Below, in pieces: positions 58,310 to 64,000 of a DNA stretch of 64,000 bases. The stretch comes from Diplonema japonicum (lineage: Eukaryota > Protista > Euglenozoa: Diplonemea): positions 682,001 to 746,000 of the forward strand of contig OZ025663.1 in NCBI GenBank assembly GCA_964019335.1, in the 5' to 3' direction. Under the pieces are notes generated by a model, which ran no database searches, was not told the origin of the DNA, and saw only the letters and a list, made by a program, of their open reading frames with translations. The position numbers and the translations under genes were made by a program. Positions within the stretch are counted from its first letter, which is position 1, and each line of letters opens with the position of its first letter.

Positions 58310-58840
58310 AGTGTACTCATTGTGGGGAACGAGGTCAGAGGTGGTTTATTTCATATTTGTCATTTTTTTTTTGAATCGTTTCCCATGTAAGACAGAATCT
58401 ATTATTAGCCGTCGTTGTCGTTTTTTTTTTAAAAAGAACACGGACTTAGCAATACCCACACCTTCCCCGAGCTCGCACGAGAAGAGAGCTAGAAAGCCCA
58501 GCCGGTCTTTTAACTTTCATAATTTGGTTAAGTCCCCTCCCTCCCTTCCCCTGAGTCAAGAACAACGCAGCTTCAACCATGGTTTTAATTAAAAGGAAGA
58601 TAATTGTAGTTTACTAGCAAAAGCAAAATACAAGAAAAAGGTGAACAAAGTGCGACTGTTTTTTTGTTTCCCTTTGTCATACATGTCTAGAGATAGTGGT
58701 TAAGCCATCTAGGGGAAGCAGGAGAAGTACAGGTGGGTATTTTCCTGGGGGCTTTGACCCGGGTTTTTTTCATGTATGATTTTATATTTTTTTTCACAAT
58801 GCAAACTTCGTGATTTTCTTGTAAAGATGTTGAGCGAAAG

Positions 58841-60475
58841 ATGAATGGCAGAGAATGGTTTACAAGTTGGGTATTGTTGCTCCTGCTACTCCCTGTGTGT
58901 ACGGGGGATTTTCTTGGTTCGCTGGGCACGCGCAATGCTGATGGCGTGATAGGACTCGCAGTGAAGAAAGCCGCGTTGTATGCAACAAAGGAGGGAGGTA
59001 GCTTCAGCGTGTTCAGCATGACGAATAAGAACCGGTTGATAAAGGTAGCGTCCGAGCCCCCCGAGCCAGGGGTGCGGAAAGCCCTCCCGCTCCTCATTGA
59101 CAAGGGGTTTGGCTACATTGCAGACAGAAAAGAGCTCCTGTTGTATGATCTGACGGACCCTCGCGACTCTATCCTGATCGGCAGGATGCCATTGGAAGCC
59201 CCACCAACTACAGTGACAGTACACAGGTTCCTCATCTTTATATTCTGCGGCAGCAATGTAACCGTTGCTAATGTCGCGAATCCCGAGGCCCCTCAGCACC
59301 TGTACACAGCCACCCTCCAGGACAGTGTCCTGCACTCCCACGCTGCCGACGGAAACATCTATGCCACTACTTCAAACAGCAAGTTACTTGTTTTCAGTGC
59401 CACTTCTTGGAAGGACCTCCCCCTGCTGTCAACGCATACCCTCAAAGATACGGCGTCCTCCATCAAAGGTGACCAAGGCGTCTTCTTCGTCGCCGTGCAG
59501 AGTGAAGTGATTGTGTTTAGCGCCGTGAGCATGTCGCAGCTGAGCCGGGCAGACGCTACCGACACGGTGGTCGATATGTACATCTGCCTCCCGCACGTTT
59601 ACCTAGCCACTAGCAGGGGCTTAGGTGTTATTGACGCCAGCAATCCGAAAGAGATCACATTCATTGCCTCGGTGGACACCCCTTCTGCTGTGTCTGTTGT
59701 AGTTCATAACAGCATAGCCTATGTGGCTGATGGATCAACTATTTACATTTTCGATGTCTTCCAACGTACGGCGGTGCCCACGCCTGCCCCCACTCCTCTT
59801 CCCACCCCTGTCCCTACACTTTTACCCACTCCAATCCCAACACCACTTCCCACCCCTGTACCTACCCCTGTACCCACTCCTCTTCCAACAATGAAGGAGC
59901 AAGTAATTTGCGGGCTGCAAGCAGATTCACATGTGGACTTCAAGATTACGGCGATGGCCCCTGAGACAGCGGGGTGGCTGTATTTAAGTGAATCGAAGTA
60001 CATCAACGTCCCCACATGGCTCCAGGGTAGCGAGGCGTACTTTCCGACGAAGCTCATTGTGGCAGGGACTCGACTCTCCTTGTCCTGCTGTGAAGAGACG
60101 TGCGTTGCGAGTGTCGTGCTCGAGTCGGGTACGTGTGCTGGGTCGGGCGGAGGGCTTAGTCCCGCCCTTGTGGGCTGGAACAGAATTCCCTGTGGACCGC
60201 AAATACAGGTCAACATCTATGGCAGAGCATACGACACTGTGGTGTATACAAGAACACTCAGACAGGGCGGAACCACACATCTTGCTTTGACAGATGATGC
60301 TCAGTTCGTGAGTTTCAGCATGATGGATGGCGCGTTGTGCAGTGGCCTGGATGAGTTAGCTTGTGCAGGTGTGGCTGCTTGCGCATGGAAGGATTTGGCC
60401 TGCACCTTGCAGGAGGCGTCGTGCCAATCACACACGTCTCGTCTTGAGGAGCGGTGCGCATCAACCGAGGTTTAG
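58841..60475 (+). CDS. Secreted LVIVD-repeat beta-propeller protein with (PT)n linker and Cys-rich C-terminal domain
   Basis: Signal peptide, repeats GYIAD...[22 protein letters not shown]...[10 protein letters not shown], and a PTP repeat. Confidence 0.75.
   Translation: MNGREWFTSWVLLLLLLPVCTGDFLGSLGTRNADGVIGLAVKKAALYATKEGGSFSVFSMTNKNRLIKVASEPPEPGVRKALPLLIDKGFGYIADRKELLLYDLTDPRDSILIGRMPLEAPPTTVTVHRFLIFIFCGSNVTVANVANPEAPQHLYTATLQDSVLHSHAADGNIYATTSNSKLLVFSATSWKDLPLLSTHTLKDTASSIKGDQGVFFVAVQSEVIVFSAVSMSQLSRADATDTVVDMYICLPHVYLATSRGLGVIDASNPKEITFIASVDTPSAVSVVVHNSIAYVADGSTIYIFDVFQRTAVPTPAPTPLPTPVPTLLPTPIPTPLPTPVPTPVPTPLPTMKEQVICGLQADSHVDFKITAMAPETAGWLYLSESKYINVPTWLQGSEAYFPTKLIVAGTRLSLSCCEETCVASVVLESGTCAGSGGGLSPALVGWNRIPCGPQIQVNIYGRAYDTVVYTRTLRQGGTTHLALTDDAQFVSFSMMDGALCSGLDELACAGVAACAWKDLACTLQEASCQSHTSRLEERCASTEV
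59776..59890 (+). repeat. Coding 12-bp tandem repeat (Pro-Thr-Pro-X linker)
   Basis: About 9 copies of PTP[AVLI]. Confidence 0.85.
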
Positions 60476-60534
60476 ATTACTAACTATGACATTGAAACTT
60501 CTCTTATTCATTTTTTAAACCAACCACAGGAGCA

Positions 60535-62205
60535 ATGTTGCAATATGTCTTTGGCATCTTGGCTCTAGTAGTATGCTGTAGCTGCTCGTATCTGGACCCC
60601 ATCAACAGTGTTCCTTATCAAGGCATCGTGCATGTGAAAGAGGCGAAGGGTGTCATGTTCATCTGTAGAAAGTCTAGTATTGCAATGCTTGGGTTAGGGA
60701 ACTTGAGGATGCCAGTGCCTGTAATAGTAGGCGCTCTTGATGCAGAGGAGTGCTCTATGCTAGCAGCTAGCAAGGACTATTTGTATGTCGCCGACAAGAG
60801 CGAGATGACAGTCTATGACACTCTCAACATAAACGAGCCCCTGAAGGTTGGTGGTATGCCTATCAAGAAAGGTACTGTGGACCGCGTACTCATTTCGGGT
60901 ACCTTTGCCTACATATTCACGTCTGCTGGTAAGGAGCATGCGGTTGTTGTCGCGAATATCGCTAACCCCGAAGACCCTGTCAAGGTAGGTTCCTTCCCGC
61001 TCAAGGGCAAGATCATAAATGCCTGCACTGACGGCCGCACTGTGTTCGCCGTCTCTGATACGAGCTTCATCATCGCGCTCGATGCCACGAAAGCTTACGA
61101 CTTCGTCATCAGGTCTATCGTTCCCCTACCTGCAGTGCCCACCTGCATCACGATCTTCAGAGAATTTATTTATGTGGGCATCGGCAGCGAGATCAGGTTC
61201 TACAACGTCGATAACGTAAAGCAGTTGGAAGAGGCTGCGAAGATTGACGTGGGCTCGCCTGTTTCCGACTTGGTGTTTACAAGGGGGAATGTGTATGCTG
61301 CGACGGCAGCGGGACTGACCGTGATCGACGTGAAGGACCCCCGCCGTCCATACGAATCGGGTTTCAGGCACATCGCATCACCTGCGAAGAGCATTGAAGT
61401 GTTTGTTGACGTGGCGTACATCGTCACGAAAGACGAGAAGCTTGTGATGATCGATGTGATACCGCCCCTCGATATCCCCACCCCTGTGCCAACGGAGGTC
61501 AAGTTCAAGCTGCGCTATAATAAAGATGATCCAGCAGAGCGTGCCAAGGCGACTGTTATAGATACGTTCCCTAAGATTGACCTTGACGCTGTGGAGATTG
61601 ACGAGAAGATTCAGGCTTGGCGTGACATTGAGGAGAGTATGTTCATGGATATCCCCGAGTGGCTGGTAGGCGGGACTGCCTACGTGACCACGCAGGTCAT
61701 CAGGCAGGGGTTGCACATACGCTTCTCGTGTGCTGACGAGGTTTGCAATGCCTTCGTTTTCCTGGAGCACTGCCTTCCGTGCTCCACAGCAAGCAACGGG
61801 GGGCTGCCTAGCATTTTAATTACTGACGGGTGGGTGCCCTCTTCTTGCGGGCCGAGGTTTAGATTGGCACCAAAAAGAGCACCGCACTCGACCGTGATTT
61901 TTAGAAAACAATTCAAGAAGGGTCAGATTAGTGTTCTCCCCCCCCTTACAAAGGATGCAAGGTTTGCGTCATTTGCCATTAAGGTAGGGAGGAGGATCTG
62001 CAACGAGATTTCTGAGAAGGAGCAGTGCACGTCGAAGTACCTGCTTTGTGACTGGGACGAAGCGGCTGGTGGGTGTGTCCCGAAGATTAAACGATGCCCG
62101 CGAAGGAACACAGTCCCTCAACTCTTCCTTCAGACAGAAGCATTGAACTGCACAAAGTGTGCTGAGATGGAGCTGAGTGTTGAAGCATTGAGGGATGTAA
62201 TTTAA
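60535..62205 (+). CDS. Secreted LVIVD-repeat protein, paralogue of 58841-60475
   Basis: Signal peptide, YLYVAD, ANIANPEDP, VYAA...GLTVIDVKDP, and a shared C-domain P.WL.G..AY...CxxxxC...GGL...GW...CGP. Confidence 0.75.
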   Translation: MLQYVFGILALVVCCSCSYLDPINSVPYQGIVHVKEAKGVMFICRKSSIAMLGLGNLRMPVPVIVGALDAEECSMLAASKDYLYVADKSEMTVYDTLNINEPLKVGGMPIKKGTVDRVLISGTFAYIFTSAGKEHAVVVANIANPEDPVKVGSFPLKGKIINACTDGRTVFAVSDTSFIIALDATKAYDFVIRSIVPLPAVPTCITIFREFIYVGIGSEIRFYNVDNVKQLEEAAKIDVGSPVSDLVFTRGNVYAATAAGLTVIDVKDPRRPYESGFRHIASPAKSIEVFVDVAYIVTKDEKLVMIDVIPPLDIPTPVPTEVKFKLRYNKDDPAERAKATVIDTFPKIDLDAVEIDEKIQAWRDIEESMFMDIPEWLVGGTAYVTTQVIRQGLHIRFSCADEVCNAFVFLEHCLPCSTASNGGLPSILITDGWVPSSCGPRFRLAPKRAPHSTVIFRKQFKKGQISVLPPLTKDARFASFAIKVGRRICNEISEKEQCTSKYLLCDWDEAAGGCVPKIKRCPRRNTVPQLFLQTEALNCTKCAEMELSVEALRDVI

Positions 62206-62376
62206 GATCTGTAGTTCCTCTTAATTTTGTCCTGGAAGAAAAGTGTCCCGGAAAAGAAATGTCCGGAAGAACTGTGTACCCTTTTTCTCGGGATGCCATT
62301 AAGATATTTACAGTACTTGCATTCTTTTTATTTTCATGCGTTTCATCTCATCACATGCAGCTTTACCACCAAAGAA

Positions 62377-63291
62377 ATGTTGAAGTATTTGCTCGCAGGC
62401 ATCCAATGGATGATGAAGAAGATCCTGAAGATTCCCGTTTTGGGTTACTACTTCGATCTAATCTTCTTAGCGTGCAACTCCATTCTGCCAACAGGTGCCG
62501 GAGTGTTTGTTGCAAAAGGTATTGAGAAGTGTAACAGGCCGAAGAAGATGCTCATCCTGTATGAGTTCGAGGCTTGTCCATTCTGTAGGAAGGTGAGAGA
62601 GACCCTGACAGCGCTGGACTTGGACGTGCTTGTGTACCCTTGTCCTAGGGAGACACTGGCTAGCTACGGGTACGTGAAGGACTCGAGGTACAGGACCGAG
62701 GTGCTGAAGTTGGGAGGGAAGGCGCAGTTCCCTCTGCTCATTGACGAGAACGAGATGGTGGACGGCAAGCCCATGCAGATGTATGACTCAGGGAAGATCG
62801 TGGAGTACCTGTGGGAGAAGTACGGCAATGAAGCTACGAAGCCCCTCAGCTACCGGATGGGAAGCAACTCAAAGCTGGGTTTCATTATAACATTGGTGTT
62901 GGTTGTATACAGGGCGCTCCCCGAGCACGGGATGCTGAGGATGCCTTCCAAGATGCCGGAGAAGCCCCTTGAGCTGTATTCCTTCGAGTCCTCGCCTTTT
63001 GCCAAGAAGGTCCGTGAGGTCCTGTGCTGTTTGGAACTCCCGCACGTCGTGCGCCACATCGGAAAGGGTTCTAGCAAGAGAGAAGCGTTCAAGGAGCAGT
63101 ACGGGAAGTACATCAGCAGCACGCGTAACTCAGTGGGCATGATCATTGTCCCCATGCTGGTTGACCCCAACACTGGCGTCACGATGATTGAGTCAGAGGA
63201 CATCAAGCAGTACCTTTTGAAAACGTATAAAGCAGGTGAGTGTGCTTCCTCATCAATCCTCGAGTACACACAAAAAGGGAAGTCTGACTAG
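62377..63291 (+). CDS. Tandem GST-N/glutaredoxin-like protein (GST2N type)
   Basis: LYEFEACPFCRKVRE, GGKAQFPLLID, LYSFESSPFAKKVRE.L..LELP, VPMLVDPNTG...ES.DI..YL. Confidence 0.85.
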   Translation: MLKYLLAGIQWMMKKILKIPVLGYYFDLIFLACNSILPTGAGVFVAKGIEKCNRPKKMLILYEFEACPFCRKVRETLTALDLDVLVYPCPRETLASYGYVKDSRYRTEVLKLGGKAQFPLLIDENEMVDGKPMQMYDSGKIVEYLWEKYGNEATKPLSYRMGSNSKLGFIITLVLVVYRALPEHGMLRMPSKMPEKPLELYSFESSPFAKKVREVLCCLELPHVVRHIGKGSSKREAFKEQYGKYISSTRNSVGMIIVPMLVDPNTGVTMIESEDIKQYLLKTYKAGECASSSILEYTQKGKSD

Positions 63292-63682
63292 ACCCGATCT
63301 TGAAGCGTTACTGGACACCGGAGCCCTCCATCCTCTGGACAGTGGGAAGGGCATCGAAGTCTCCAGTTGTCTGCTTCGTTTTTTTTTGCATGTATTGTTT
63401 ATCTCGCATCGTGTTGATTGTCGCAAAAGCGTGTGAAAACAAAATTGCCTCGTAATTATTTTTTTGTGGACTCGTCACTCTCTGCGAGTCGCGACATTTT
63501 CCCCCTGTTGAGTTAATTTATTTTGAAGAAACAAGAGAGCAGGAGGGCACAATCTCTTAGCTCATCATTTTTGTTTACCGATGCACACAAACAGACCTTG
63601 TGTGCAGTTTCTTTTTTAACCCTTTCAAGACGCTTTTTTGTTATCCCGAATTTATTACATTAATTCCATCACAGGCCAGTAA

Positions 63683-64000
63683 ATGTCTTCACTCAGCAGG
63701 ACAGGTGCGTTGTTTGTGTTATGCACGCAGGTGGCACTAACTTCGTGTGCGTACCTGGACTTGGCAGGGGAGGTGCCATTCCCGAAGGCAAGGGAGTTGA
63801 GGATTGCCGAGCGAAGGTCAGAATTCATGCTGTCATGTGGGAATGAGCTGATGCTGCTGGAAATGGGGGACCTCAGGCGGCCTAAACCTGAAGTAGTAAA
63901 AAGGGTAGCGTACAGTGCAACAGCCTTTCGGAATATTGTGGTAAACGAAGACGAGGTTGTCGTGTCAAACGAGCAGACAGTGCTGCTGATGCGTGCAGAG
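63683..64000 (+). CDS. Third LVIVD-family paralogue (3' truncated; absent from ORF track)
   Basis: MSSLSRTGALFVLCTQVALTSCAYLDLAGEVPF...LEMGDLRRPKPEVV aligns with SCSYLDPINSVPY...LGLGNLRMPVPVIV of the 60535 protein. The frame is open to the window end. Confidence 0.65.
   Translation, partial: MSSLSRTGALFVLCTQVALTSCAYLDLAGEVPFPKARELRIAERRSEFMLSCGNELMLLEMGDLRRPKPEVVKRVAYSATAFRNIVVNEDEVVVSNEQTVLLMRAE

Noticed and set aside
63751-63790. TGGCAGGGGAGGTGCCATTCCCGAAGG resembles the 5' part of vertebrate U1 snRNA
   Set aside because: It lacks the intact ATACTTACCTG 5' end, the U1A loop and the Sm site, and lies in frame within a coding paralogue.

Overview
This is gene-dense eukaryotic (protist) nuclear DNA, most likely euglenozoan and probably diplonemid-like. 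That assignment is inferred from gene organisation and from kinetoplastid-type PKA-R, PFR-like and capping-enzyme homologues. About 30 protein genes lie head-to-tail on the + strand with no credible - strand gene. Spacers are often only 60-90 nt, and an AG acceptor usually sits just upstream of the ATG, which suggests polycistronic transcription plus SL trans-splicing. Roughly 65 tiny (about 30-45 nt) GT-AG introns, mostly GTATG...CAG, interrupt the genes and explain the fragmented ORF track. Recognisable products include lipin, METTL5, beta-adaptin, RuvBL1, a GDP-sugar transporter, a GT77-like transferase, a TPR-SET protein, an RBM26/27-like protein, a SOD-fold mitoribosomal protein, a GST2N-like protein and LVIVD-repeat secreted paralogues. 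A tRNA-Gly(GCC) is nested in the only long intron. The top finding is a single 905-aa ORF fusing an adenylate-kinase-like P-loop domain, an mRNA guanylyltransferase and a cap N7-methyltransferase, a candidate one-polypeptide RNA recapping enzyme. Other leads are a divergent lipid-anchored PKA-R, several candidate structured ncRNAs and an overlapping or fused gene pair. All gene models were spliced by eye, and family calls come from motif recall rather than database searches.
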